Assembly: GCA_051362555.1 (NCBI GenBank)
Contig: CM120641.1
Span: 11,780,001-11,844,000, forward strand
DNA from: Lingula anatina
Taxonomy: Eukaryota; Animalia; Brachiopoda
Reading direction: 5' to 3'
DNA: 64,000 bases
In this document: positions 1 through 14,200 of the stretch, in pieces
How positions within the stretch are numbered: position 1 is the stretch's first letter
How the letters are laid out: each line of letters starts with the position of its first letter
Notes under the pieces: generated by a model
Database searches by the model: none
The model's input: the letters and a program-made list of their open reading frames with translations, nothing else
Told to the model about the DNA's origin: nothing
Translations under genes and position numbers: made by a program

Positions 1-262
1 TTTTGACAGGATCTCCATACAAAATTCTAAAGACAGTTTGCTTGGTTTACTTTCCTGAAATACCAAAATATATTTGTGCCATATGCATGTTCAGATCCAT
101 TTGATAAAGCAGAAAGAGTTATTTTGTTTATCTTTGCCGTGGAAGTATTCAAATCTTAAAAGAACATGATTAATATCACCTAACGGTTAGAGTAATTTGA
201 AGTAACTTTTTCTCTTAATAAAGTCACAATCAAAAGAAATGTACCTTAACCCAAAGTACATA

Positions 263-502
263 CACTGGACAATAGAAGTGTCACCCCCTAAATCAGAGTA
301 ATCAAAGTTATAATGTCTGGTCTACTATTAATGTGACTAATGAGTATAAAACCGCTGTACCATGGAATTGTATTGTCGGTCTTTTTGTGAAATTTGATGT
401 TAATAAAATGATGCTAGGAGCATATAATATCATTCCACAGTCATTTATCTCCCCCAAAGACAAGTATTGGTTCAGTAGGGGTGACACTTTTATTGTCCAG
501 TG
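263..502. mobile_element. Tc1/mariner-like MITE (240 bp)
   Basis: TIR cactggacaatagaagtgtcacccccta (263-290) versus reverse complement of 476-502 cactggacaataaaagtgtcaccccta (1 mismatch, 1 indel); TA on the left flank, TG (probably a mutated TA) on the right. Confidence 0.75.
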
Positions 503-3500
503 TGTGTACCTAAGAATGAAGATGCAATTTTGTTTCTCCTTCAAACAGGGTGGCCACCAGAAAGAAAACCATTGGCATGACAAGGAAAAAGCCCTGATCC
601 CTTTCCTTATAAAATAACTTCCTGGCAAAATTAAAATTTTCCATTAACATCTATTATGAATATATCTCCAACATCCTGCAAGAGACATTGTATATTTACT
701 TTATACAAAACAATGAAACCTGAATATTTCTCTTGTATGTTTGGATTAAGTCTGGCTCGGAGAAATTATTGCCCATGTGAAATGCATATGGCAATTACCG
801 TCAACATGGTCAGTCTAATTGATTAAGGTGGCAATGATGTTAAGTAAGTGGCTGTATATATCTCAGAGATCCGTATCATTTGATCAAGCTCACAGACATT
901 TAACGTAACAAGCGATCACACATACATTATTAGTGCAACAACAACAACTATTATAATAATAATAATCGTAAAAATCATTTATATAAAACCATGACTGACA
1001 CAGCGAACCAACTATTTTGCTTTAAGGAACACATTTTGAAAATGTATTCATAACTTTCAGACATCTGACAAATTTTAATTTAAAAACACATCCAAAATGG
1101 CTGCCAAACAAGTAAGAGTGTAGCCAGTGTTTTCAGGAAAAAGATGAATTCCAGCCACTCACGTGTGACATAAAAAGTGTAGTTTTTGATATCTTTATTA
1201 CTTTTGGCAGCTATGATTACTTTTGGCAGCTATGCCATATATTAATGCACCTCTATCTTGGACGAAAACTAATGCAGTTACATGTAGTATCTTAATGTAT
1301 AACAGAGAAGCTAAGATATCCCTTCCAACACCAGAATTATTTTTTCGTCATGTATCCAAAGTGTTACTGATTGCTTATGGCTTCTCTTGTATCAGTATCT
1401 GTTCTATTAAACAAAGGCAATGTTTCGCCTCTTTACTGACAAAATCAGAAGTATGCATTTCAAGAATATTTGCTGACACCAGGTTGTTCTACTCATTGTT
1501 GTGATGAAATAAATAGACGTTAAAAGCGACATTGATAGCTGTTTAGGTGAGGTAGATTTGTTTAAAAGCGATATTACAGTTTTTACCCCAAAAACATCTT
1601 TATCTCGAAATAGCAAATTCGCCCGGAAGCATTTTTGATGCAATGGCATGAATTCTCATAATGTTTATTTCCGCAAGGAAAAATCACATCATTCCGAACC
1701 CTGTTAAAGAACATCATCTATTCTTTCTCATGCATGTACACTGTATGTGGTTCCTGCATGTGGTTCCGTCCATAGCACATTAAAATACCCAAAGAGGCAG
1801 ATATGCAAATAACGCAGCTATTTTCTAACAAGAAAAATATTTCTTATTATGCCTTACCCTGCACCATAGACCGGTATTTTCCCTACGGACGTTAAAAGAC
1901 AGAACTTATAATCAAGTCCCCATCAACTAATTACTGTTGAAGGAATCGGTTTATGCACATTTAAACCTTCACATTTATGACACTCAAATGTGATGTTGTA
2001 GTTCAATCTTGACCGTTACTTTTACGTGTAAATTTAAAATAAAATATGATTCTTTTAATTGCCAAAGTGAACAGAAAACAAATTTCAGTTACAGTCAGCT
2101 TCTATTGAAGTAAAACTAAGAACTCATGTGACAAATACTTGTATTAGTACTTCCTCCGTCTTCTCAAAAGCCATGAAACCAAATATTTTGGATCATGCAT
2201 ATGCATATGTATATGTATAACCACGCTTGTTACCCGCCACATACTGTATGTAACATTCAGTATATTATGGGGGTTATAGGGATGAAATTAAAACATATAT
2301 CCGAGATTAATGGTATGACACTCCGACTCAAAACTGTTGAACAGTTTTGTCTTTTTCATATGCTTTCTTATTTTTGTGGCCCATCGTATGCCGAACTGTA
2401 ACAAACTATTTCGTGACAAAATGTCTATTTCTAAAGAGAAAAGATAACAACCGTCTAAATGCCACAATGTAATATTGCTCATTAATTTCATTTCTAACAA
2501 CAAGCTACGAAAGTGCGTTTGAAAACGTAAATTAACCCACTCTTTCGTGCTTACATCACTCTTAAAGCTTTGATTTAAGCATCAGTCTGGGCAACTCGAT
2601 ACCCGGTACGTTCCGCGTTGGTGACTTCATTGGTTAACACATTAAACGTTATGCTCTTCGTACCACGGTACGTTTGCCTTGTACTTTCAATTTACAGGCT
2701 GCGGGTGAAATACTACGATTTAAAGCGAATACCGGTGAAATGAACATTTGGTCTTACAATTCTGGTTGTAAATACCATGTTTTGTGGCTAGTTTGCTTGA
2801 AAATTTTATCACTGAGTAAAACGGGCTGTGTTTTACAAAATTGCTAGAATTATACTTATTATAATTTAAAACTGACTGTCAGAATCACTTCATTTGTCCA
2901 TTGATTTACAAAAGGAGAAAATGTCACAATCATATTTTAGAAAATAAAATTATACATTATACTGTTTATATACACAATTATATTTTAGAGTAAATGAATG
3001 ACACTACCCTTTGCTGGAAAGCAAAATGATCACACAAAGTCTCTTGGAGATGTCCAAAGTACCGTGATGATTCCATTCTTCAAAAACACCGAGTGGCTGC
3101 GTCACATTTCTACTCTATCATACGTACAGATTATATTGACCGGTTGATCAAAATGCCTTACTGCTTCTGCAAGGGATGTGTGTAATCAACTGGTGCTAAC
3201 AAAAGGTTAGAATAACCACTCTATCTTGGACAAAGGTCGTGCACATTCATTAGTCGATTTTTTTTACCGAGATGGGATTTCTTTGTGTTTGTAATACTAG
3301 TATCACTGCATTCAAATTCCACAGAATCTATTCAGATCGCAGCCCCTTATTAGAGTAGACTTTCTTTTTAATGCCTAATGTCTGACCGGCATTACTCTTC
3401 AGGTGGTTAAGCTGAAATAAAAATATCTGTATGCCCAATTAATAGCCCGCACTCAGAGCCAAAACATGTAATGCAATTTGTTGGCAACTTCGCAGTCTTC

Positions 3501-5656
3501 AAGGGCCGCAAGGCAGCCTTTAATTCATCATATGAAATGCTTTATGTCAAATCCTCCAAGATAAATCAAATTTGGAAAAAGATCGCTGCAAGCTAAAATG
3601 ACTTCTAATGGGAAACTGATTTAAAATCGATGCTCTGTTCTCATTCGTTCGATTAAAGATTGAGGTCCAATTTTCTTCCATTGATAGCAGGTGAGCTTTG
3701 TTATTATTGGATTGCTTCATTACTGGGAAGTATTTATCACTGGGGATTTGTCTGGAACAATGTGAAATCAGGATAATGCCAATATCTTCTTTTCATATGT
3801 CAATCGTCAGTAAGCACTATATATGCCATAGAATTAAATAAAAAAAAAAAGCATAGGGCCAGTTCCAACATATTCTGAAATGCTGTTACACAAAGGGGCA
3901 CACGGTCTAGACAGCCTATACACATGTAGAGATAATAAGGCCAGACGATTGAGACCTAAGCACAAAAACGGTGGTTCAGTTGGGTTGTTTCATAGCAATT
4001 TTTGCAATAGAGTTTGACAAAAGGTTTTTTATATGTACGAGATTAAGGTGTATCTAAAAGAGAGGTCTAAAAAAGCAGTACCTTTAACGTTATCTGTTGC
4101 GCTTAGGGACTTAGCAGTGGTGAGGGCATTTCAAAACGTGTTAAAAAGTAGTCCAACTATCTATCAAAGCTACATTTCACACATGTTTTCTACTTTACTG
4201 TTGTATGTAGGTAACAATATGGTCATCGTTAACCAAAGTGAAGCCGTGAAACTTGAAGAAAGAAGAACGCACTCTTTGCATTCTGTTTAAGAAATGATGA
4301 AATTCCCATTTCGGTTTGTTTCACGTCTGCTCACAGAAACGTATGAAGGAATCAATTTCATATGCAATCGTTCAAAATAATATAAACGTTCACGTTTCAT
4401 TAGCCTTGCCAAAAATCGAACTTCGCTACAGATAAAGGACCGTAAATAATGAAAATGATTTTGGTAGTTTAAAAAAAAAACGGATAGAATTACTATCTGC
4501 TCCGATAGTCTTAATGCTACCAAAATTAGTGTCGACTCTATTATTATTATTATTATTATTATTCTCCGCTGATCAAGCCAGTACATTCCAATGCTAAATT
4601 CCAGATAATAATAGTCTCCCAACGACACTCCACTTTGTCTTGATAACTAATTGGGTTTGACAGGAGTCGTGAGTGTTGGGATGACTCTCTCTCTCCGGTG
4701 CCTGCTTACCTTGCTGAAAGTAATATTGCACGTGGTTGCTAAGTCATTAAATTCTGCTCTCTTCTTAGGACTGTAGGGTTTTTATTTTTCTTATAATGGG
4801 ATTCTTAGAAATGAATCGTTAAATAAGAAATAAAATTGTGCATAAGAATTAGGGACTTCCTTACCACCCAGCTGACATAATGGAATCTCGGGTTTTCAAT
4901 ATCATTGGTCTTGCAGTCCAGAGCACCAATCGATGGGAAATGGGCCAAAAGTCTAGATTAGCCTGTTAAATTAGTTCAGAATGAGCTCCGATCCCTGGCT
5001 TGATACATGTACGTTTTCCTCATTTCACCCCCTTGTTAGCTTTTTTTTCCTTGTTGGATTATAGGCATTAGTTCGCCAATCTACCTTCTGGTCCAATGAA
5101 CCAAAATTTAAGATTGGTTTCTTCTCGGTCTTTATTTCAGTTTGTTAGGATACGGTTGGTGAATAATTTTGCTAGGGATTACTCTGAAAGGGTTATTTGG
5201 GCGTTCTGCTGTTTTCAGTACATTTTATGCCTTTTTTACATTTTCCATCCCTTTTTAACGCATATTCTCGACCATTTTAAACTTTGTTCGTCATCTAGTC
5301 ACCCGTTAATGGTGTCGTATTTCGATACTTCTGTTACATCAGTTCAGATGCATGAAACATGACAGATTTCAGCTTTTTAATGCTAATCAATTACAAACTA
5401 ACGATTTATTTTGACAGAAAATCGCATCTTTAAAGGATTAGGTGAACAAGTTTTGTTAACCGACCGTTACGTCCTATGCCGTGAAGCCGTAAAATATGGA
5501 CGAACTTCACTTAAAGGGAATCTCAGCGACTCGATACTTTCAGGCGTAACGTGACGAGACTGCAGCTGCGGAAATACCCTCTCGTCACAATCTCTTGTAA
5601 ACGTTGTGAATACTCAAGGCAACTACATTTATTACTTCCTTTATTTTAATACTTAA

Positions 5657-6492
5657 AAACCAGGTTACATTTGCCATGCCATTCCTGTACGGTGCCCGTA
5701 TACTGCATGCCTTAATGTGCGGTGGCAGGCAGTGGCCGTAAAAAGCATACGAAATCGTAAGGATTCATAGCCACTGCAAGTTAGCTGACCTGAAACTTTT
5801 GACAAAATTCAAAAATCGCAAGCCCGAAATATCGTACATGGCATGGCACCATTTCCGTACGGGCATTGTTCGGTGGACTTGCGGCGTTCGTGATCATGGT
5901 ACCTTGTCCCTGGTTTCTTTCCTTTTCACATTTGGTGGTTTAAAGAAGCATCACGTAAGTAAATCACGTTCAAAACTTAGTTTCATTCACTTGCACAACT
6001 TTAATACAATGCTCTTTCCTTATTCTGACCACATGGATGAAAGAAATCAAGGAAGCAGCGCGGAAGGCGTACATCAACTGCACCGAGACTAAAAGGGCTC
6101 TGTACGATAACTTTTCACCCGAAAACACGATTTTCCCTGCGTGAAACTGAGGTCATGTCAGAGGAATGGCAAGGCACCAGCACGTAATGTAAAAGTACTC
6201 GTCACAGCCACTAACGATGTCAAATAGATCGTACGGAAAATTTTATGCGATTTAATCTCACGTAGCCCGTGGCAAATGTATCCTACCGGTAGGTTTAAAC
6301 TAATTCATTGGTATGGGTTTGAAGTTGTTCGTTTTCCCATTATGACCACAAAATTACAAGTATCAATCAGCAATGAAGCCGCAAAGAGTATGTACGGCAA
6401 ACCGAGGTAATATGGAAGCCACTTAGGACCCCAAAAAATCGCACGGAAAATCTTTTACGATTTCATCGTACTTGGCAAATGTAATCTAGGCT
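5657..6492. mobile_element. PIF/Harbinger-like non-autonomous element (degenerate)
   Basis: Imperfect 20-bp TIRs aaaccaggttacatttgcca / tggcaaatgtaatctaggct (16/20, inner 12 identical); flanked by TAA and TTA; CpG-rich interior with recurring ccgta/tacgg motifs. Confidence 0.6.
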
Positions 6493-6559
6493 TTACATGG
6501 TCAAGAAGCAAAAACAGTACCACTGTACAAATGGATATGTAAAATCAATTGTACAAATA

Positions 6560-8026
6560 AATATATACTTGTTTATTAACTTATTTCAGATACAGTGTAG
6601 ACGGTGGTTGACGCTATTTAATCAACAAAACAGCTTATTGAAAATGTACAAAAACAAAAGGACATTGTATTACAACCCTTCTGTATCGAAAATGTCTAGC
6701 AAAACCAGGTCTACCTGCCTGTCTTTACAACTGAACACAAATTCATGATATACAACGTACTCTCTTTGGGCACTGGCACTATCATGACTAGATTCCTCTC
6801 TTGTTTTTTATAAATAACACATTGTAAAATGAAGTACCCAGGTATTGACTGAAAATATGAAAATATCTATTATTCTAAGTAAGCAAGAAAAAAACACCGA
6901 TCTAAACTCAAAATATATCTAAAACTATCATGGAAAAATGCAACGTTTTGCTTGTTCATAATATAATTACCAAAGCTTAGTAACCGTCAATATCGAGTCA
7001 GGCTTAACCATAAATTCTGAAGTCTGCGTGTACATGGCTAACACGATTTACATAGTAGTATGCATATTTTTTAAAAAAAGCACCAATTGCATGGTCTTAG
7101 TCATTTCTAACATTTATTTAATATACTGCACAACACAGCTATGACTGCTACAACCATTCTGAAGACGTATCTTCTAAAAACAAAGAGCAAAATATTTCAG
7201 ACACTAGTTCAGAATCGATAGACTATGATCAGAAATGAAGCTCCCCAAAAATAAAATAAAATGATAATGAATGAATAAATAAATAAATAGAATATACAAT
7301 AAAATTTGACAGCGTTGCTTTTCAAAGAAATCTTTGTCCTTTTTAACTTTCTTTTTAAAGGTTTTCTTCAAAATATGTATGTAAAAACATTACATAAAAG
7401 AAAGTCAGTATTCCATATTTCATTCTAAACGTGATTTCAGCACGGAGTCAACATGAATGGGAAACGATGGGGAAACGGTCTTATCTGATAAAAATAAATT
7501 TAAGCTGAAAATGAGTTTACAATTTGGCAAATGTGTATCTAAAATTGAAACAGTTGTTGCAGCACCAGGGAAAGCATCAGATAATCGCTGATATAACCTG
7601 AGTAAAATATACACCACTTTTTAAATGTTCGTTCAGATAACAAAGCCATCTTTTATTACTTCGTATGCAACAAATTGCAAAATTTGCCACGTTGTCTATG
7701 CAACTGCACGTTCTGCCTTTGTGTCTGAATCCTTCAAAGAAAACTGACTATTTTTAAGGGAGAAAAAAATATCTTAAAAATATGGATACAGAGTAAATGA
7801 AGAGTATTCATATGTCTACTTATTCTTTCAACATAATCTGCTTATATCATTTCTTTTTTCACTTCACACGATCCTTTTTAATTTTACACAAGATTTAATT
7901 CATCTATCAAAACATGACACAAACTCTTTAATGCTGTGGGTACAATGCACTAATATACGACTGAAAACCATTCCATTTCTGAACATCAGTCCTGTGTTGA
8001 AATCCATTTAGTGAACTGGTGGCTAG
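6560..8026 (-). other. Probable MCC 3' UTR with candidate poly(A) signals
   Basis: Downstream of the MCC stop; minus-strand ATTAAA at 6617-6622 and AATAAA at 6572-6577 followed by T-rich sequence. The true 3' end is not determinable. Confidence 0.45.
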
Positions 8027-8104
8027 CTATAATGATGTCTCGCTTGTGTGGGATCTGGCATTTTCTTCCTCTAGACACTGTACTTTTTGCTTCAACATTT
8101 GCAC
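8027..8104 (-). CDS. MCC: MCC exon 17 (terminal; class I PDZ-binding motif ETSL)
   Basis: VQMLKQKVQCLEEENARSHTSETSL then TAG; tttag acceptor; recalled human end is VRMLKQRIALLEEENSRPHTNETSL. Confidence 0.94.
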   Translation of the reverse strand: MQMLKQKVQCLEEENARSHTSETSL

Positions 8105-8205
8105 CTAAAAATAATGGTAAACAAGTTACTTCACGAATACATATCTTTATCTATATCTATCTATCTATAGATCTATATATATCTGTTATGTAAAAAGGCA
8201 CCTTC

Positions 8206-8254
<49 letters not shown>

Positions 8255-11200
8255 ATACGAGAGAGAGAGAGTGAGAGTGGGGGAGAGAGGAGGGGGTAAG
8301 GGGTAGGATTTTTATAGCGAGGATGCATTTGGTTTACTTTTGAAATATTTCACTTAGAAAAATAAGTTGTCAAAAATCTTTTATCCAATTCTAAATACTT
8401 TTTCTTTCTTAGATCATCTTTTTTTTTCTCGAAAGGGGGGGGGGGCATAGAGCACAGGGCCAGCAAGGTTTATACTATCAATATCTCTCCATAACTGCAA
8501 TCAAAGAACTGTTCCTACCAGGACAATGTAATTATTCTGAAATAATCCCTGAAGGCATGAGAAAATCACTAGGTAATATTTTCTACTGGCATGTATAGCA
8601 TACATCTAAATGAAACTCATCTGCTAAAACCAGAAAATAATACACAAAACAGCCCTTGTATGGCGTCCCTAAATTCTCTCATTTCCAATAAAATAATGTT
8701 TGTCTGTCAAGCTCAATTAACACAAAACTCCACCTTGTCAGTGCTTCTTTAGACTCTGTACATCATGCAATACCAGGCACTATTCTCAATTATGCCAATG
8801 TTTTCCAATTTCACTGAGATCAAAGAAGGTCGCTGGGATGATTTCATCCCCCTGTGGGCAAATGAGATGGCCATTTCAACCTACTTGATTCTCATATCTC
8901 TCTGATATTGTCTGGATTTGCTGCTCCAGCTTCTTCACTTTCCCTTGGTATTTCTTCTTGGCTTTCTCAAAGGCTGCTACTAAGGCACTGCAATACAATA
9001 AATGCAACTGAGATGATAATAGAATTCCCATGTCCATTTAACTTAACCTTTATAATGGCTATCTGCTTTGGACATGAACGTTAATATTTCTATTCTATTT
9101 CTTATTGGTTCACTAATATCAAGGAACATAATGAGTAAGCAAAGCTGTCAAATGTACAAACCTATAAATGACAAAACTGATAGTGACACTGAAATGGTCT
9201 AAAAATGTCAAATATACAATTAATCTGACTATGGGAGTGCACAAAATGTATTTTGCCAATTATGATGCAATTTTGAGCATAATCACTTCCAGTTTTTAAT
9301 CATATACTAACTACTGTGGATATTCTTAAAGTTTGACTAGCACAGGGCTGCACTAATGGAAATTCTGGAAAATGTCAACATGTAAATGTTGAAAAAAGAA
9401 AAAAAGCATCAAGAAAAAAAAATCCAACCAGGCTTTGGAACTTAAGCTGTACTTCAGTGTTATGAATTATTCCATAAGTTTGAGAATAATAAGTGATACA
9501 GTTTTCTTTTTATTGTGCTTGGGTGAAAAATTTCAAGGAAAGTGCAAAAAACGATAACAGTGGTGAAAGATACCATAAAGGAACATTTTTTCTATTTATA
9601 AAACACCTTGGCAAATACATGAAAATGATGAAGCTTAAAGTACATGCACAATTTACAGTGTATATAAAATCTTAGAAATAATTCAAATATTTAGCCGCGT
9701 AACTTGAATCCAAACTCCAATTTAACAATCAGACCTTGAAATTCATTAAAACATACAGCTATCTATTTTTGGTATTCTATTTGCCAATACTTATAGGATC
9801 AGGGGTCTGAAAATTGGACCTTTTCATCTGATGAATCCTAGCACAAACATGTGCAAATCAAAGATCGCTTAGTTTTTAAGATCCGCAAACAAATGACCTA
9901 TCCTAAACATTAACTTAGATTTGTTTAAGTACACACAAGTTTGAGTGATGTGTAAGTCCAAGAACTCATGCTGTTGCAATTGTACTGAATATGGTTGAAT
10001 TATCTAATTAAAAAAAAAAAGCAGTTCAAAGTGCGAAAAGAAAAGCTGGAAGAGCAATTCTGCTGGAGTTAGGCTTACAATGACAACTTGGCACAATCTT
10101 CTTTGTGATGCCAAAATATATGAAGTAATTTCTTGTAAGCTGAAGACTGTGAAGCAAAGAGAAAAAGATAACAGTTTTCAAAATTGTGAAACAAAGAAAA
10201 ATCAGATAACAGTTTTAAAGATTGTGAAAAAGAGAATGACAACAACAGTTTTATAATGCCAGGTTTTTTACTTTGGTACAACAAGAATCAATAAAACCAA
10301 AGAAGGTAAACCATTGTGAATTCTGACCTCATTTAGTATTTCTGGATTCTGGGAATAAAATGCTGCAGATCAACTATCACTTCTTGGAACTGCAGCAGAA
10401 CATAATCCATAATTAACTCCACTGATGAAGGGGGCTACGTTTTGGTAAACATTGGTCTGTCTGTTGGTTAGTGGACACGTTTTGATGAATTTTTTTGGAA
10501 TAGACAATTGGAGTTGAAGAAGTGATTGCAATTTCAATTGCATCTGGGTCTCCAAATATCTATCATCCCTTTCAGCTATTGCCCATTGTGCTGGTCTGTG
10601 CTCTGTGAGTACTCTCCAGTTTCTCATGGAATATAATCTATCACTAGTCTGATATCATTATGATATACATGTGAATATGCTTAAAAAATCTCAATAAAGT
10701 GATTGAGAGACACTGATTAACAACAGTATGGAATTCTGTGTATAACCAAGATATTCTTTTGTGTAGATCTGAAGCATTTCTTGAATTGAAACCTTTGGTA
10801 GGGGAGGGGCATCTGAAAACAGATTTGCCTGATAACCTTGTAATAACCTTACTGTTGTGTTCCTATTTAATATCTCTTTTCAATAGCTTTTTATCACTAA
10901 CAAGTTGACTCTCTTGAGGACATAAAAAGCTTTTGAATTTTTAGCTCAACAACTGGGGGAATTAACACAATTTCATTAATCTGGTGTCTAGGGTATATCA
11001 CACAAGGTTATATGATATATCCCAAGCACAAGTGTGTAAGTATATATCATTTTACATCTGATCTGTTTTCATTTTGCCTTATGCAGCCACAGTAATCTAA
11101 TTCAATGGAAAAAAGTATTGATTCTAAAACAAAAGCTCTGCACTGTACATAACAGTTCATGCAAATTGGGTACAATACATTACACATTTATCCCAATTTA

Positions 11201-14200
11201 TTTTTCATTTTTTTTATTTGTCAATCACATAACATTTTCTTGCTCCAAATGTACTTTTCATACACCATACCATATACAGCAGCAACTCTCCACATAATAT
11301 CTGACATTCAAAAGAACATCTCTGGAGACCTTTGTTCAATTTCAGCAACTTATTGTGCAGAAATCATCAGGGGCTTTTTTATGCAGAAATCACATCAGAT
11401 ACAAAGTTCCCTGTTGCTTTAAATTTGGTCATCACTTCACTGATCACAATGATTGTGTGTCAAAACAACAAAATGGCAAAAAAAATCTTACCAAAGCTGT
11501 CACTCACAGGTTAACAAGACTAAGCATGTAGCTATTTGTAGGAGACATGTGAAAAGACCACTCCTAGTAGGTCAAATCAGAAATTGAAACTATACAATAC
11601 AATACAATACAATACAATACAATACAATACAATACAATACAATATAATACAATACAATACAGTACAATACAATACAATACAATACACTGTGTGACAGTTA
11701 TACATGTTCATCTACTTTAATGTTCATGGAGGAGAGAGGTGGTTCATAGATAAATGTCTTTAAAATGTCTTTAAAATTATTTTTATTTATGGAACCATTC
11801 CATTTCCTTTTGTTCATGCAGCTTTTTAATGCCTTGCAATATAATAAAAATTGCCATAGCTGTTGATTCATTTAAGCTTAGCACAATATAAAATGTAACA
11901 GTAGCAAATGTATCACATAAACCTGCATCAATTCATCAGACACGGATCATATGGATAAATACACATAAAGACTTAACCAATTTTTTTATTTCGTGTAGAT
12001 CAATCATTTTTAGACATATTGACTTTCTGACATGTACCTAAATGATCTTTAGGACTAACCAGGTATTAGTGCTGAAGCATCTTCTGGAGAAATGTAACCA
12101 ACCATTTTTGTTCAAATTAAGCAAACAATTACCACACTTCACTATGGCTTTCATTTATCAACTGCTTAACTGTGCTTAGCCATCTCTCAATACAGGCAAG
12201 AGCAGAAAGTTTAAAATGTATTTTTGGATTTCTTAAGAGCAAATATAGAAGTCTGAGTGTCACATTTACAATATCTTAAGTGCTTTGCAAGTCTGACATT
12301 TTCAGTGACTGGCTGTAAATAAAGTGGTTCTCAGAACTAGAGGCCTGCATGTAAATGTTAAAATTAACACCTAGATGCACTGGTTAGGTCTCTAAAACAG
12401 ATACAGAAACAGAACAGATTCTGGTGCCTTGTAAATGGGATAAAAGACATACTCTGAATTCTATTAATTATCCACCTTCCATTTTACTTCCCTTAAGAGT
12501 TTCCACAAAAGGAAGACAGCAAGTTAGGTAAATACATTTCAGACAGAAATTAACCTGTTACTTCTAATGGATTACTCCTAAAATGTTCCACTGAAGGAAG
12601 GCCACAAATCAGGTATACGGATTGGAGGGAAATTCCTATCATAAATAATCATATAATTTTAAAGCTGTTACTAAAGGGAAATCTGGAATTTGTATTTGAG
12701 CCAGGAAGATACGTTTTTTCTGTATTACTAACCTGCAGTTTTAGCAGGCAAGGAGACAGAAGTAAGGAAGAGAAGACAGCTCCTATGCCTGTACATGCAT
12801 CATGTTCATTGTACTCAAAGGATGCCTCATATAAATATTATTATATAAATATATTATTATATAACAGGGAGAAATACAAAAGGCCAATTATCCAGTATAA
12901 CTACACATGTGGAGCTTCAAAACATTCTAAAGACTTGAAAACAACATGAATTAGATTATCAGCACCATTAAATCATTCAGAACATAAATCAGTTGAGCTA
13001 CACCAGGAAAATACAGAATACTGCCTTTTTAACATTATTATCAAGGTAATGTATCACTATAGGTTTTCATGATTTGGTTCCACTTGGGGTCTCACACCAT
13101 GGTTACCAAAAGACCTAATAATTTTGCCATTAGTTCTTGCCAGGCAAAGACTGCCTGATACCAAGCTTGTGTAAATCAATATGTAGGTACATCAATCTGA
13201 AGTCCTCTCTGCAGAGTTCAAATGCACTCGTAAATAAACTACTTCTCTGAACAGTATCAATTATTCACCTGGACCTTCTATCAGATTGCAAAAACTCAAA
13301 GACAATCAATTTACATTTAAAGGAGCTTAAAAAAGTAATCAAATGATCTTAATGTTGTTCAAGTTGTTGTTCAACACAGCAATCTTGGATCTAGACACTA
13401 AAAAAATTGTTTTGCACTGACATCAGACCTGCCTTATTGAGAAAATTTTAGACCTTTCAATTTCTACACTACATGAAAGCATACCTACAAAAGCTTTTGC
13501 CCCTACACTTGGGACTTCATCAGTCACACTGATGTCAGGAGAAAGTGTATAGTGAATAATATAGTGAGAGTTGCTCAGTATAACACTGTCCCAAATTGGA
13601 GGCAGGTTGCGCCTCCCCCCGTCCTTGTTTAGTGTAGAAATCAAAAAGTTTTAAATTTTCACGAAAGGATTAACAACACTACACAGATCAATTCTATCAG
13701 AGTATCAGACTTACCTGTTTGCTCTCTTCAGGTCACTCACAAACTCTGCAGATTGCTGGTGCCGAATTTCAGAGTTTCTGGAAAGTTTTTCAAGTGTGGC
13801 TACCAACTCCTGTACTCTTGCCTTCAGCTTCTTCTCTCTTTTCAGGGATTCTGAGAGGTCTTGTGCTATTTGAGAGGCATTATGGGAGCGTAGTTCAGCC
13901 AGAGTTATGGCAGGAGTTGACGTATCCAACTCCTCCTCCTGTTAAAAAAAAAAGACTATAAAATAGTTGGTTCAAACATTCTTGTTTAATTAGGAGTTTA
14001 TGTAGCAATGATCACAAATGGGTTTGATAATAAAACTATTCATTTCTTACAAAAACAATTCAATGATTAATTTAACTTATTCCTCATGTTACTATCACTC
14101 AAACAGGTGTTAGGTTGAGCTGTTTTTTTTAAACACTAATAGGGCATTAAATCATCAAAAAGCCAAATAGATTGCACACATGATAAAATAGTGCACTCTA

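Noticed and set aside
9828-9870. CTGATGA hammerhead core (also at 61681)
   Set aside because: No stem II closed by GAAA and no stem I/III pairing found.
10370-10627. 85-aa minus-strand ORF in MCC intron 15
   Set aside because: No recognisable homology; the phase-compatible frame from the nearby acceptor stops after 8 codons.
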